A stretch of 64,000 nt of DNA from Eledone cirrhosa (lineage: Eukaryota): assembly GCA_964016885.1 (NCBI GenBank), contig OZ024742.1, positions 242,110,001 to 242,174,000 on the forward strand, read 5' to 3'. This document shows, piece after piece, positions 39,336 to 54,905 of this stretch (the first letter of the stretch is position 1; each line of letters opens with the position of its first letter). The translations under genes were made by a program, and so were the position numbers. The notes under the pieces were generated by a model that saw only the letters and a program-made list of their open reading frames with translations, made no database searches and had not been told where the DNA came from.

Positions 39336-40846
39336 TACCGTATTTGCCGGCCTATTGGATGCCACTTCGTATATGACGTCCCTGGTTTTACAAGGACATT
39401 TTGAGAAAAAATGAATCTTCGCGCATTTCTTCATAGTGGGATACCGGATTGAAAGTAACAAATGTGAGGAGTTCTACGTCTCGAGCACTCCGTACTCGCA
39501 TTAAAGAACACCTTAACACACACGCATCCTCACATTGACAAATGTAGAAATATCAATCAACATTTTACCGTTACTATTAAAGCCAGATATATACAAATTT
39601 GGGCAATTTAAGAATTAAGGAATGCTTGCTCATACGTAGACTCAACCCCCAAACAAATAATAGATTAGAACTCAGCACACAATACTTAACATAAAAAGAT
39701 ACACCCACAGACACACAAACTAAAGATCTCATACGAAAAAGAAAATTGATTTCGTGAAATACTATATTGGCAATAGATGTCATTCTCGTGAAGAGCGAAA
39801 TAACCATTAAAAACCGCTTGAAAACGACTAAGAAAAATTTAAATAAAATTCAAAATCTAATCCCAAAGAGAGGAAATTGGAACATTATCCTCTGAAAGTT
39901 CCTTAAACCCTCAACAATGGGCTTTTAGGTCCCGAAATATTGGACAGAAAAAAGAACAACAACAAACAAACCAAAGATTACCAGGTGACTTACTTTTCGT
40001 TACCTCATCTTACAGTCCATTTTGTATTGTTTAGCCTTCTATCTCTTTCAACGTTATATATTATACAAAATGCTTCAGGCAAACTACAACATTTTATTAA
40101 TAAAAATTATTTCATTGTTTTTTTTTCATTGTACAGCATCTGCAAATTCACTAAATCCACAATAGCTAAAATGCAATCTGCTGTTATCAATACATGCCGA
40201 CTAAGCAAATTCCAGCATATCAGCAAAAATTAAAATGTAAAAATATCGCAAACTCTACCTTTGATTAGCACAATCGTGCGGTATGTCACTTGATTGTTTT
40301 GGTTTCAAATATTAAGAGTAAGATTAACAACTTTTATCTATCTTCTATTATCTTTTATGATGCCACACTTAGAAAATGTGGATCACCACCATCGTTTTTT
40401 ACATCTGCTCAATGCAAATGGCGACTGCTGTTTCGGTTGTTTATTAAATTTGCTTGGCCTTTTAGGAACATTCATCATCCGTATTGATGTGTTAACTTTC
40501 GCACAGTTGTTATGGTGAGGTAATTAATGTACCAATATTTTGTGTAGGTTAAGTTTTTTAGAAAGAAAGGAGGTATAATAAAATTATGTGAACTTTGTCG
40601 GTTTACAGCCATAAGCCTAGCCACTACTTTACGTCTTCAGAAACTCTTAAGTTCTACATCATTTTGCTTATATAAGTTGCATTGCATTATTGTATTAGTA
40701 ATACTAATAGTAACACAAACTAAATGTTTTTAATCGTGATTGTCCTCACCCTCCATTCCACCTGCTATCAGTGATAGATACTGGATACAATGAAGATTTG
40801 AAATGTTTTTGTTTTTTTTTAGTGCGTACAATAGGCAAATATGGTA
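39336..40846. mobile_element. pogo/Tigger-like DNA transposon relic containing a PLE fragment
   Basis: TA-flanked TIR-like ends TACCGTATTTGCC (39336) and GGCAAATATGGTA (40834-40846). Confidence 0.5.
39540..40110 (+). mobile_element. Penelope-like 3' relic (family of 11590 and 59250)
   Basis: LRIKECLLIRRLNPQTNNRLEL (GIY-YIG end); 39920-40100 is similar to 59760-59935. Confidence 0.6.
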
Positions 40847-42278
40847 ATTTATTTGGTGAAGGTTTCCCAATCATAGTTATAATTACTATTAGGCAACCTG
40901 AAGAAATAGACACAAGTCTAATTTAGTTAATATTTGACCTGATTTTAAAATATCCGCTGGAGTAGTATGTGGGTTTACCCTACTTATATATTTTCCTGCA
41001 GATAATTTCTGGCAAAACTCCCAGAAGTCATTCTTAGACGAAAAACATTATGTGTAGTATATATTGTAAAATTATGGAAATGTCAATGAAACATCTATTC
41101 AAGCATATTATTGTTTTCTAAATACTGTAAATTTTTATTGAACAGAGTAATGTAAAACACATTTAAATTTAAGGTAACCTAGGAATAATTCTTATACTTA
41201 TTAATTATAAAATACCATATACACGAATACACGATATATGATTATTTAATCATAATGAAACAAGCAGTTTTTACTTCATTTCTAACAACGTATTTAAAAG
41301 TATTTTACATTTGACCTATCAGCATCGGAGTCCCTTCAAATCTGTCCGATGTGCTGCCCTTCCTCTTTGTGAACAAGACATTTTAAAACAAAAACCTACT
41401 GCAGTTATAAAATTTCTATTGCAAAAGCAAAGTTATTTTAATTAGATTTCTAGCTGTACTTATATCATTTTTAGAGATCTTCGTAAATGAAATCAGTTGT
41501 ACGTTAAACGAAATACAACATAAATGCCTTACTATGAAAATACCCATATAGAAGTTCTCAGATATTGGTGATCATGTGCAAAATACATCTAAGTACTGAC
41601 CAAATATGTATATGTAACAGTTCGTTTAGTTTTCATTTGTTAACGTTCTTTCTGAGTGATTTAGATAACATGATACAACAACTTGACAAGTACATTTACT
41701 CTTGCAAGCTATCAAAATAACCCCCCCCCCCCCTTCATATATCTACCACTGTCCAATTGAAAATATTTTATTCTTTAGTGCCCTGAATCAGTAACTTATA
41801 CAACACTTAAATTTCCATTATCATTACAAGGAAACAGAATAGCATCCTAAAAGCTCAAAGGTTTTTAATGTATCTCCCAACAAAAGAGTATTTGTATCCT
41901 AAAGAAATAAACATCAGGCTTTGACGGCAATCCAACGCCCTCCTACTAGTGCTTTATTATTCAGCATTCCGTAATTTTGTCATTCAAAGATGTTATTGTC
42001 AGTCTCTATGGTCCGTATAAAAGATGGCAGATGTGATACAACAGAATAAAATAAGATTACATTACGAGAGTTAAAGTAGTATAAATTGTTTGAGAAGTAT
42101 TTAACACGAAACCATGGCATGATAAGTAGACTGATAGCTGGAGCGTCAGGAGGAAAAGGTGTTTCAGAAATTTAACGAAAATGATGCTTGATAAGAAGCA
42201 AATCGAAACTGATATATATAACTTGTTTCATTACAGAACTAACCTCTCGAACTTCTATTAATTAAAATTTAATAATGA

Positions 42279-42682
42279 AGGTGGATTGGCAGTATAGATA
42301 GAGCATGGGACAAAATGATTTGTGGCATGTAATTACGGTCCTTTACGTACTGAATTCAAATCCCACCTAGGTTAGCATTGCCTTACGGGGTCGATAAAAT
42401 AATTGTTTCTACTATTGGCACAAGGCCAGCAATTACCCAGTGCATTACTGGTACTTTATTTTATCGACCCCGTAAGGATGAAAGGTAAAGTTAACCTCGG
42501 CGGGATTTTAACTCAGATTGGCAAGGGCCGTAACTCTATGCGTCAAAGCACGGCGTCCGACTCTCTACCGATACTGCCAATCTACCGGTCGATAAAATAA
42601 TGCAACAGCAATGCACAGGGGTCGATTTTATCGACTTGCTCCTCCACCCAAAGTTGGCCTTGTGGCTAAAGCAGAAACCATT
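42279..42682 (+). mobile_element. Older SINE interrupted by a younger antisense SINE (42401-42586)
   Basis: 15-bp TSD GGTCGATAAAATAAT at 42389-42403 and 42587-42601. Confidence 0.85.
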
Positions 42683-42709
42683 ATATAAAATTTGATAAAG
42701 AGAAGTCAT

Positions 42710-43115
42710 TTTCTTCTTCTTCTTCTTCTTCTTCTTCTTCTTCTTCTTCTTCTTCTTCTTCTTCTTCTTCTTCTTCTCCCACTTATTCCTGCGAGGATCG
42801 TAGGTGCAGAGTCCTCAAACACTCCTTCCATCGGATCCTGTCCCTGTCAAAAGTAATCGTCTCCAACAGATCCGGTTGAATCCCCAAGCGAGAACAACCA
42901 GACTCATGGATGTTATCCAACTATCTTGCTGGGGGCCCACCCCTAGGTCCCCTGGCGTTTAATTTTGCTCGTAAAATCTATCCATCGGTTCTTTCCTCAG
43001 ATTCAAAACATATGCCGATAGTATCGGAGATGTGATCTCTCAATTCGGAGATGTAGCGGACTTTCCTGGAGTGATTCACTAATCTCCGAGCTACGCACTC
43101 TGTAGTTTAACGTTT
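42710..43115 (-). mobile_element. RTE-clade LINE 3' end with (GAA)n tail
   Basis: Homologous to 36194-36540. Confidence 0.8.
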
Positions 43116-44190
43116 TTCAGCTATTATCTATAGTTATTTGCATTGTGTCGGCCTTCGAAAGAGCAAACATATATTCGATCTTTAATTATTAAGTTTCACT
43201 TCTGAAGATAGAGTGCTTTCAAATGCATACATTTTCTCATGGAGAAATGGTTTTCAGCTAGTCTTGGAAGATTCTGGCGATACAATTTATAATGTGTTTA
43301 TTTCAATTCATGTGCCTGGTTTTATTTTCCAATGTCATTCAGGTTATGCTATTTAGATATTGTGAGGTATATGTGTATTTCCTTACTATATACGTTGCAC
43401 AGATACTTGTCACTCAATATCTTTCCTAAATCGGCAATGTACAATTGTTTTTATTGTATATGAATGCATGATGCATCCTGGTTGTTTTATATAATCAGCC
43501 CACTAGGATAAACTGCTCTAACTGTTTTAATACTGTAACATCCAGAATTCTTTAAATATTTTGTTCATGCGGGTGTGTTTCCGATTTTATATTTCGCTGT
43601 ATAAATATTATATATTTTAATAGTAGACGAATGAAATCGAATAAAGAAAAAAAACATGAATTTAGGACCAAATTAATCATCTCTTCCTGATAAGTCGCCT
43701 TAACATATTGATTTTTCGTCACGCATTGTGTTATTAATAAACGATATTGTAATGAAATGCACATATATCAGTCGTGCCTTTGATATTCACGGAAAGTGTT
43801 AAAAGACCATCGCAAGTTTTAAAATGAATAACAATGAAACCAAATCCAAAACCATATTATGTGATTATCCCGAGGAATAATCTGTAATTGTAAATTCATA
43901 TTTGCTTTTCTTTTTTTCGTTAGAATGTGTAGAAATGATGTACTACTGCGTGAATTCAATGGTGTGTTAATTTTCGTCGAATTAACTGGATCAGGGAATT
44001 TCTAAAATGTGCGCAATGTCATATTTTACGAGTATACTTTAGTAGAGGTCATTGTTAATTAGAGATGAGCGGAAACGCTAAGTAATATATCTTAAGGATA
44101 TTATAATTACTGTTTAATACAGCTGTAATTGTTCCTATACACTTGCAAAAATGCCAATGAAGATGTTAATGATATATTTAAATATATATA

Positions 44191-44407
<217 letters not shown>

Positions 44408-44428
44408 TATATATATATATATATATAT

Positions 44429-44787
44429 AGTAATAATAATAAAATTGAAGACTAAAATCCAAAGAGGGCTCGATAAGGAAAATATATATCAAATATATAA
44501 GAACCGAAGAGCATTAGTCTACGACCTCTTTTATACCATAAACGTGGTTCTGTCTTTGCGCGTAATTGTTTTTCACCGCTCCTATTAATGACGTATAATT
44601 CGTTTTTTCCCGTTCTTTGCCAGCGAACGTCACCATGAACCAAAGTATCGTCTTCCTGTCTTCCTCCGGTTGCAACGTTTTTTGAAATATCCAGTACTGC
44701 GTTTACAGATTGACTTTGTTAGTTTCAGAAGATCCCGTTAAGGGTGAAAGCAGCGATTCTTTGCTTAAACTTTAATCTGTTATTTTA

Positions 44788-44795
<8 letters not shown>
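44429..44795. repeat. Deleted and inverted relative of 6343-7380, in (TA)n
   Basis: Shared segments in both orientations. Confidence 0.65.
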
Positions 44796-44836
<41 letters not shown>

Positions 44837-44877
44837 ATATATATATATATTTTATATATATATATATATTTTATATA

Positions 44878-44956
<79 letters not shown>

Positions 44957-45048
44957 CGCACTCACACATATATGTGTATATATATAGGTAGCTATATAAA
45001 TGCATACATATTCACACACACTCACACGCACGCATATGTATATATATG

Positions 45049-45150
<102 letters not shown>

Positions 45151-45507
45151 CATATATATATATATATATGAAATAATATATATATAAATATATATATATA
45201 ATATGAATATGAACATATTTATATATATATATGAAATTTCAAATGCTGGCGTATTAATTTAGGTCTCTAGCTTTCCGCCAGGACAAGTCGACTGGTGATG
45301 TACATCTGTGTCTTTCAGCGCTGCACCACATCGTCATAAAGCCATTCATAAATTCATATAATCGAACGCAGTCTGTGTGTATTTGTGTTTTGTGTGTGCG
45401 CGCCTGTCTGTGCTTAAGTGCCATTTGTGTATCATTTGTACGAGTTTTATCAATTGCCCAATGGTGCTTATACATCTAGATAAATGTTATCTATATTGTT
45501 ATACATA

Positions 45508-45836
45508 TACAGTGTAGCCCAGACATTCGCGGTCCCTGATATTCGCAGAATTTTCCTTAGAACCTAACTAATAATTGTTCGTGGAAACAACCGCATATTC
45601 GTGGAATCGTAAATATCTTCTGCGAATTGTTATGGCTTTTTTCGTAGTAATATAAATTTCTTCACACTTTTTAACGCTGAATTATTAATAACAACATACC
45701 GTATTTGCCGGTCTATATTTTACGTTATGTTTTGACGTTTATAGGCATTTTTATGGATCACATCAAATAATCGCGGTTTTCCACTCTTTTCAAGTGCTCT
45801 AGGAATGTAACGCCCGCGATTACGGTGGGGGGGGGG

Positions 45837-45842
<6 letters not shown>
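45508..45842. mobile_element. Tigger/pogo-like MITE relic
   Basis: TA-CAGTGTAGCCC..TTCGCGG left end; CGCGATTACGGTG(n)ACTA-TA right end (degenerate TIRs). Confidence 0.4.
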
Positions 45843-45894
<52 letters not shown>

Positions 45895-46617
45895 TAGGTT
45901 GTAAAATCATATGAAAATATCCGGCGCATGCGTGGGTGCATGTGCGTTGGCAGAGAGAAATAAACATTTACTTTGTAAATCATTAAATTCTGAGGTGGCA
46001 GAAGAAGACTGGCAAACAACATGATATATTGAAAAATAAAGAGAAACAGAAGAGTGTCGGGTGATCTAATCAAACATTGATAAATACGCTAGTTTTGTGT
46101 GTGCGTATGATTCTAGAAGGAAAATGAGGCTTATACATTGGCAAACAGAGAGAAAAATATAGACGGTTAATGCAAATTAAAGATGAAATATGATGAGGAG
46201 ACAGCTTAATACACGTGATAGCTCGCCACCTACGACACATTTACCAACTCACACAGAAAGAAAGGGCAAAAGAAGAACACAATGAAATAGAACAAGGGGA
46301 AAAACAAAAATAAAATAAAATATCTTCAAAGCAAATGGATATAGGTTCGGCAACGGGGAACGAGAGGGATGTTGGGGAAGACTGAGGAAAAATTAATAGA
46401 TGGGGAATAGCTGAGGAGTGAGAAAAGAAGAAAAGGTCAGTATGATCTAAGACGAAGATTAAGCCTAACCACAACAAAGTCTCCATATCTTTTAATTGAG
46501 GGCTGAAATGTTAGAACACGATGTGACGCAAGAGAACTCGAAAAATATAAACGATGGGAATGTTTTATTTCTAAAGATCGGAAACTATATGTCAATGGAT
46601 GAGAACATACGAATAAC

Positions 46618-46662
<45 letters not shown>

Positions 46663-46696
46663 ATATATATATTTATATACATATATATACATATGC

Positions 46697-46729
<33 letters not shown>

Positions 46730-47298
46730 AGTATATATAATGTAAAAGTATGTATGTATGTGTGTTTGTACGTGTAAGTGCGTGATTCCAAAGAAAAAGT
46801 CGTCCAGTAAGTCAAACTGGAGACGCTATTACATAAGATTGTTGTTGACCTGTAACTCTACCCTAACATTTGATTTAAGGGGGGCATTGCGGAGGTAAAT
46901 GTTGCAGGATATCAAAAGGAATTAGTAAGGGAAATTGTGTTTGTGTTAAGTTTTGTATGTTTTGTTACTAATAGCAGTAATGCGTTATTATTTGTTTCCG
47001 GTATCTAATGAAGTAATCGACGCGTAATTTCCAATTATGTGACAGCTTCGCAGATAAGAATACAATAAAAGGAAAAGAGGAAGACTTTCAGCTTTCTTTA
47101 AAATATCACTACTTTGGGTGTGCAAAGGAATATATGAAATACTTGAAAACATAATGTGTCGCTTTCTAAGACACATACACGCACACACAAACACACACAC
47201 ACGCACATACAAACACACACACGCGCACACACATGCACAAACACACGCACGCACATTGAGCGCACGGGCGCGCACGCACACACACACACACACACACA

Positions 47299-47522
47299 CA
47301 AGAGGGTAGGCTGAAAGGTTCATAGCTGACTATGAAAGAATGAAGATAGAGTTATGTAGTCTTGCATACATTAATTTCAACTTGGCATATTAATAACTGC
47401 ATTGTTCTGTTCCAAGGACTATGTTGAAAAGTAAAACACATTTGGTCTGGTCATTCCATGAGTGGGTCCTGGTCAGCCTTTGACTTTTTCAGCTTATGAA
47501 CGTTTTTAGGCGACCCTTCGTA
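47299..47522. mobile_element. Mariner-derived MITE
   Basis: GAGGGTAGGCTGAAAGGTTCATAGCTGAC ... TATGAACGTTTTTAGGCGACCCTTCG-TA; related to 54906-55321. Confidence 0.6.
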
Positions 47523-47551
47523 TATATATATTTACACATATATATATATAC

Positions 47552-47584
<33 letters not shown>

Positions 47585-48276
47585 CATATGTGTGTATGTG
47601 TGTGTGTGTGTGCATACATATGAGTGTGTGTGAGTGTGTGTGTGTGTTATGTATGTTGTATTAGCGATGCTGAAGCATAAATTTATATATGGATATAAAG
47701 AAAGGTACTTGTATCTGTGTGAATGTGTAACAACATGCATATGAGGGTACACTTGACTGTTTGTTCGTATTTTTCTGTGTAGATATTTGTGTATTTGAAA
47801 GTATTTGTGAGTGTTTGCGTGTGTGCGAGCATGTATGTAGTATATATGTGTGAGTTTGTTGAATGTGTAATTCACACACTGGTTATTTTTACACCAATTA
47901 TCTCCTGGAAGATTAGGAGTTATTAGACATCATAATCTTAACATTAATGTCATTACTGTGGCAGTTTGGGTGTTGGCATATAACAGGAACTGACGTCTTC
48001 ATGACGCCACAGGTTTTTCTTTTGCTTTCAGTTGTTATATGTTTCCCAGCGACCTTCGGGTGAAAGACTGGCTTCGACGTTTTAGCAAGAAAATAACATG
48101 CACAATTAAACTATTTACTTTAAGTATATGGAATAACTTTCTAGTTTGTCATCGTTCCCTAGATATATGTTTAAGAATCATGGTGTTTGATGAGCAAACT
48201 ATTTTTCTACGACTAATAGTTACTATGGTGATATGTTTCTAATACAGTTCATACTGATGAGATTAATACCTATAAT

Positions 48277-48453
48277 AATTGTTTCTACTTTTGGCACAAG
48301 ACCAGCAATTATCCCAGTGTATTACTGGTATCAACCCCGTAAGGATGAAAGGCAAAGCTAACCTCGGCGGGATTTGAACTCAGATCATAAAGGGCCGTAA
48401 CTCTTTGCTGCAAAGTATGGTGTCCGACCCTCTACCGATACTGCCAATCCACT
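48277..48453 (-). mobile_element. Octopus-type tRNA SINE
   Basis: Reverse complement of the family consensus. Confidence 0.9.
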
Positions 48454-49171
48454 GTACATCACCAGTAAAAGCAAATAGATAGGGAATTGCTTTGAATCTG
48501 TAGTCTAAGCAATAGAATATTGGAACTAGTTCTATGTAGTTTATAATTGGATATCTTCTTAATACCCAATATATTTTCTATTAATTTGTGATCATTTGTA
48601 TATTAGGAAACAGTTAGACTTGTGAATAATTCTGTTTAAATGAAACTTACCTTATGCATTAAAATAATTACTAATTTCATGAGTAAAAACTTTCAGAAAT
48701 TGCATATTTTATCAAATTCCCATTCCATTCCCATCCCATTTCATGATTATATTCTTAATCTTAAATGATATTCTGATAAATATCAAATAGTGAAATATCC
48801 TGTGCGATTTTGCTATTGCTTACTTTTAAATATTACATTTCATATAAAATAAATATTGATTAAAAATTTCATAGGAAATCTTGCCAGATGAATTTTAACG
48901 CACTAAAAGAAAAAATAGCTGGAATAATTCATTGAAATTAGATGAATAGCCGGTAATGGTAAGATTCTCTAAATTACATGATTACAAGAAAAGTAACATA
49001 GAAATGGTTTTATTTTAATTACAGCCTCCTCTACTGGGATAAAAAATAAATAATCTGCAACACAGATTTCCTATTATTACTAATTGAAACTAGACGCTTT
49101 ATGAAGAAAATAATGAACATTTGATATAATGTTTTGACATTCTCTAACGCTCTACTTCATTGCTATCGCAG

Positions 49172-49311
49172 GTATGGACATGCTAGCTCATCCGGGTTCG
49201 ACCAACGGTTATGTCATTTCCAGATATCATCCCCATATGTGTGGAGGGCCGAGCTACGTGAAGCATCAACATCGCAGCCGGACACATCATGTCGAACCAG
49301 ATTCCAGTAAG
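49172..49311 (+). CDS. Candidate 140-bp host-gene exon (xMDMLAHPGSTNGYVISRYHPHMCGGPSYVKHQHRSRTHHVEPDSSK)
   Basis: GC-richer island; branch-like CTAAC plus pyrimidine tract and CAG acceptor; AAG|GTGAGA donor; one frame open throughout. Confidence 0.5.
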
Positions 49312-50623
49312 GTGAGAACCTAGCATACCACCATCATTACACTATTTTGTTATTTTATTTATATATTGTCTTTTTATGATGATACCGCTGGTCACCTTAT
49401 GGTAAAGTACAAGATATCATTAATTGTTCACAAAAAAACAACATTTGGCAGCAGTAGTCGAGCGCTAAATAAAATGAGTTGTGGTATTTAGTTAAGTAGT
49501 TTTGCTTTTTGAGTTTAATTCCCGCTATGATCGACAATATGAAAGAAAAATCTATGAAAGAAAAATCAGACATGTACTATGGTCACTATAAACGAATATA
49601 CCATCCCCAAATATATCTGACATTGTGCTTCAAAATAAACGAAGTCATACTTATTAATAATCGAAATAATAATTTTTTGATCGAGTGGAATAGCTGGTCA
49701 AATTTCAACAACAACAGATTATATGCTTTCCGATATTTAGATATTTTGCTATTGCGTTCAAATTATATGAATGTTCTTGTCTTTCAGCCTTCTAGATTCA
49801 ATAAAACAAGTAGGACCTAGTTAGAAATGTAGTTTATTAAGGGTGATCCAGTCGCCTGCTAATATTTAGGTCCTCTCGTGTGTTGCAGTTCCTGAGACAG
49901 GTTACCAATGTATACATAGGGAATAGAATTACCTTAATACCAATTTGACCGGGAGTAGACTATTGGCTGGCTTCTGGTGAGTGGGAAAAGAGTGGAACAG
50001 AAAGGTAGGGAAGGGAGAAATAGACTGGGCGACTGATATCCAAATCTAGATCAACATTGCTCAACTATTGCAATGGTAGTAAAGTAGTTTCAAGTTACAA
50101 TGGGGTTATCCAAGGAAACCTATGATCAGTAATCACCGAAAATGTGTGTCGCCTTTCATTTTGTATATTCCCAATTAAAGCACCTGTAGTATCACATCTC
50201 CAAACATACAGATTCTGGAATATGGTGTGTAAATACAGATATATAAATAAATTAATTAATCAATAACCTGTGATAAGTAACATGATAAAATGCAATATAA
50301 ATATGTGCATATAGTTGCAAATATACACGATGAAAGAGAACAAACAACGTAATTGTGTTTATAACTTTAACTTTAAAGCGGTGGCCTTCAGTGGGAATAT
50401 TTCCCGTCAATATCCTCTGAAATGTAATAACATTTTGGTATAAATGATGCAGACAAGTAGTTTATCGAGATTATACTTTCGTCAACTGGCCTCGTTTGTA
50501 ATGCTGCTATTGATTCTTATATTGGTCAAATCATAAATCATCTATAGATTATATGGGATGGATATCGTATAGAAGTAGATGTGGATGACTATGTGCTTAG
50601 CATTATAATTTACTTTCATCAAA

Positions 50624-50843
50624 TACGAGGTGTGCTGAAAAGTTCCTGCCTTGATCACTGCTACAGAGGCCTAGTTGTAGGTCCAACCACCCGAGTTCTT
50701 GTTACAGGGCTTAGAAGAACTGAAAGACCGCTGCACTATGTGTGTTAATATGAGAGGAGAATAGGTTAAATAAAATCATAATTAACTGATCCTCCTGTAT
50801 TTTCTTTTACCCAAAGCCAGGAACGTTTCAGCACCCTCTCGTA
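50624..50843. mobile_element. Mariner-type MITE with TA TSD
   Basis: TA-CGAGGTGTGCTGAAAAGTTCCTG ... CAGGAACGTTTCAGCACCCTCTCG-TA. Confidence 0.8.
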
Positions 50844-51541
50844 AATGTCTTCTTTATGATTATTCGCCTAGATCCTTGATACAGTCATATATACAACCTT
50901 CTGGCACCACCATTTAGAATGCTATCAAATACTGAAATAATTAAGTGTATGACATTAATTATTTTTATTCATAGATAGCAAAAACAACAATATATGAACC
51001 AAAAGGTTAGTCCTATATATAGTCGCTGAACGTGCTAGAAATAGCTGCCAGAACGTCTTATGACTAAGAGTGTCCCAGTGATTATCAGGCTAGAATTTAT
51101 TAAGATAAATATTACGTCCTTTATTTTATTTGAACATATTAGAAAGTGTTTTCAGAAACAATTATACTATATAGCGGGGTAGGCGATTGAGTACAGCTTC
51201 GTGTGTTGGCTTGAGTCGCTACATTAGTCGTTACAATTGTCGGCAGTCGGAGAAGGGACTGGTATTTGTACTTTCATATTTCTTAACACAGCATTTAAAG
51301 AGATGTGACATAGTAAGTGAAACTTTCTTTAAAATTCTTTTACATTATTACAAAAAACCAAACAAAAACAAAAAAACGAAAACATCAATAAAAAAAGTAA
51401 AAAAATAAATCTCGTGGTAGAAATATATTTCCTCACAGGGCTTCATTAAGTTCTCCATCAAAGTACAACATTCCGGCATTTACTCACGAAGTCCCGACAG
51501 AAACACACTATTGTCTAAATAGAATAAAATCGCCTTCTCAC

Positions 51542-51717
51542 AATTGTTTCTACTTTTGGCACAAGGCCAACAATTATCCCGGCGTATTGCTGGTACTTTA
51601 TTTTATCGACCCCGTAAGATGAAAGGCAAAGTTAACCTCGGCGGGATTTGAATTCAGACCATAAAGGGCCGTAACTCTTTGCTGCAAAGCATGGCGTCCG
51701 ACCCTCTACCGATACTG
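51542..51717 (-). mobile_element. Octopus-type tRNA SINE
   Basis: Reverse complement of the family consensus. Confidence 0.9.
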
Positions 51718-52379
51718 TTTTAGTTGAAGTTCACTTGTTCACTTGTGTCCAGAAAAAAAAACGATTCACTAAATATCTCAACATTACAAGATTATAGTAA
51801 GGACCGGTGTGTAGGTATACAATATTATCATAAATGCTATGTTTTAAAAAAGGAGATTATGGTACCATTATTCATTACGAAAAACACCGTATTCTATGAC
51901 CAAGCTGCATTACACTCAACATAACATCTCTAACATTATACATCGTACATCAATACTTAATTATATTTTCTAAAGCAATCAATAACTTACCACCAGCTGT
52001 TTACTTTTCTATATTTACTAGCTCTTTTATCTGTTTTCCATTATTTATGAGTTTTGTGAGAAAAGAGAAATGTCAACTGTTTGTTCGCGTTTCCTTCAAA
52101 TCCAGAATCTTACTCGTGGGTCACCTGCAACGTCATAAAAATAACAAACATCATGTATCATCCGTCATTATCACATTCATTTATCATCATCCTTGCCATC
52201 ATCACGCTGATATAAGACATTATAATTTATAACAAAGAATATCAATATGGATATAAAAATTCATGTTCCAGTGCAACGTAAAAATGATATCCTAGTTAAC
52301 ACTAAAAATGTGAGATAGAATTTAAGAAAATCTATGAAAAGCTTAACGTCTAAATATACTGGAGAAATTGTAGTCTATA

Positions 52380-53270
52380 TGTAGGGGTATAAACCATCAA
52401 AAAGAAACAACGATAACAACAACCAGCCTGAAATTTGTGAAACAAGGGAAAGGCTTCAAAATGACGAAGAAGAAATTAAACGAAGGAAAACCACAATCAC
52501 CGGAATCCTAGAAGATGATGATTCCCTAACAGTAACTCGAGATCGACTCATCGAAATGGCAAGCGAGTTCTACGAAAAACCGTATACATCCACCAGAGTT
52601 GAACCAGACCCTGGGGACCGGGAGACTGAAATTAATCAACAATTTGAGGGCTTTCCAAAAATCGAAACAGGAATGTTAAGCTTGCAGTCGAATAATCATA
52701 AAAAGGGAAGATGCCTGGACCCAACAATATCCCCATTGAGGCAGCAGGCGAACTCGTCTATGAGAAACTCATATGCTTTTAAAATGAATGTCTCAGGCAA
52801 AGCAAAGTTCTGGACGAATGGAATGAAGCAATCATCATACATCTGTACAAAAAAAAGAGAGAGAGAGAGAGAGATCCAATGAACATCTCCAAATACTGCC
52901 CCATAAATCTTCTAAATAACATTTTCAAACTATTCCCTAAATCATTACCAACAGATGCAAGAGGAATTGATGAAAATCAGCCCAGAGAGCAAGCCGGCTT
53001 CATAAAAGGCTTCTCCACCCAAGATAACTTTCAAGCAGTACACCATATCATCGAAAAGAGCACAGAGAGTACAATAACCTTTCCGTCGCTGGCCGCGTTG
53101 ATTACAACAAACCTTACAATGCTGTAGAGATCCGTTCGGGGCGTAACCAGGGCGCTTCAGGAACAGGCTGTCGCGCCTGTCTACATCAGTGTTCTCCGAC
53201 ACATCTACAAAAATACAAGATCATATATCCGTAAATACAAAGATTCAAAGCTTTTTCGGAAATCGAAATA
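52380..53270 (+). mobile_element. Second RTE-like LINE family, degenerate RT N-terminal region
   Basis: NISKYCPINLLNNIFKLF...DENQPREQAGFIKGFSTQDNFQAVHHIIEKSTE. Confidence 0.8.
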
Positions 53271-53919
53271 ATTTCTTAATAATATATAGTGGTGGCGGAT
53301 GTATTTGAAACATAGAAGTTGAAATATATGTTAAAAATCTTCCACTGTGAAAACGGAGAAATATAAAGAAAATATTTGACAACTATTAGATTGGGAGTAA
53401 AAATGTCAGGGTTATTTCATAGTATGGTAAATAGATATATAGAAATACAGAGGGACAGAATAGAGAATTAAATGTAGAATAGTATTGAGAAAACAATTTA
53501 ATAGAGCAACTAAGAAAATACGAATGAAGATAATTATTGTGTTAGGAAGGTGAGAGGGTTAGGGACCAATTGAATTGTGTGGAAGTGGGTGATAACGTGT
53601 GACATAACACAAGATTTAAATGTAATTAGTATCACTGAATTACGCTAATCACATGAATGTTCTATAGGTGGAAGATGAGTAATGCATAGGTAGATTGTTA
53701 CATCCATTCACGTATATAATTATTCAGTAATGACATCAGCAGTAGCAATAACGAAACGTGTACCATGGTGTCATTAAAAGGAACGTTCATTGATAACATT
53801 CACAACACTGATAAAAGCTGACAATATCTTTACCGTGGCAAAAGTACATCGCCTCTGGCTGATAGGCTGACGTAGATATATCTGCTCTGTTTGTATTGCT
53901 TATTCATGTATATTCCCAC

Positions 53920-54008
<89 letters not shown>

Positions 54009-54905
54009 GAACAAAAACCACAAACATGAACACATACAAAAATGTGATAATGACACATATACAAAGATGAAAACGAAAGAGCCATAGGCATACACATCAA
54101 TCAAGAGACACATTTCTTATAATGGTACGAACGCACAAATGAATAAACTAAAATATTTGTGAATAGAGATACTGAAAAGGACACGAAAACATTTCAGTTG
54201 AATGTTACTGTCTCTTTCCGCTTCCCTCCAAGACATTTCAAAGACAGTATTTATGGTTTTATTATATTAAAAGAAGGTTTCCATCACGTTAGTTACATGG
54301 ATAGTGTTATTAGGGACAGAATCAAACAAGCAGTATGTCGTGTCCCTTCTCTCAATTTATAAGGGCTTTCTGTTCATTCTAAAATGCCACCAATGCTGCT
54401 CTTAGAGGGAAATTGAGTAAGATTTGAACTGCTGCGTTCCAATTAACCTAATTTCACCTACCTCCCTCCCACACCTAATATATGCTATGTAAGTTTGAGC
54501 ATGACTTTACCTGTTCATATTTAGTAAAATATATACTAACAATTCCACAGATGTACACAATATTTATATACGTGGTCACCGTTCATGCTACGTCTTGTAA
54601 CTGGTACTACTAATAATTATACAGACTTTAATAAATTTAGAAAATATTACTAAATTTCAACCAACGTATCAATCAACTTAGTCAATTCTGCTCTACGTAA
54701 TAAATCAGAAACTCTATCATGTTACATTTGATCCAAAATTACTATCTTAACCTAATTTACAAAAGTATCAATGCTGCATCTACTTAATTTATTGAATCGT
54801 TCCAATATATACACAGGAAGTACCTCAATCTTTACCTAGTACCAACCGATATTTGTCATAATAAACATTGTTTATAATCCAATTGGGAATTTTGAACTAT
54901 GTCAT

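Noticed and set aside
40290-40518. Host exon ending in G|GTGAGG
   Set aside because: Lies between pogo-like TIRs; more likely decayed transposon sequence
54480-54900. CR1/L2-like LINE 3' relic on the minus strand
   Set aside because: Only faint motif similarity (RR...TR...LWN); too degenerate to call by eye
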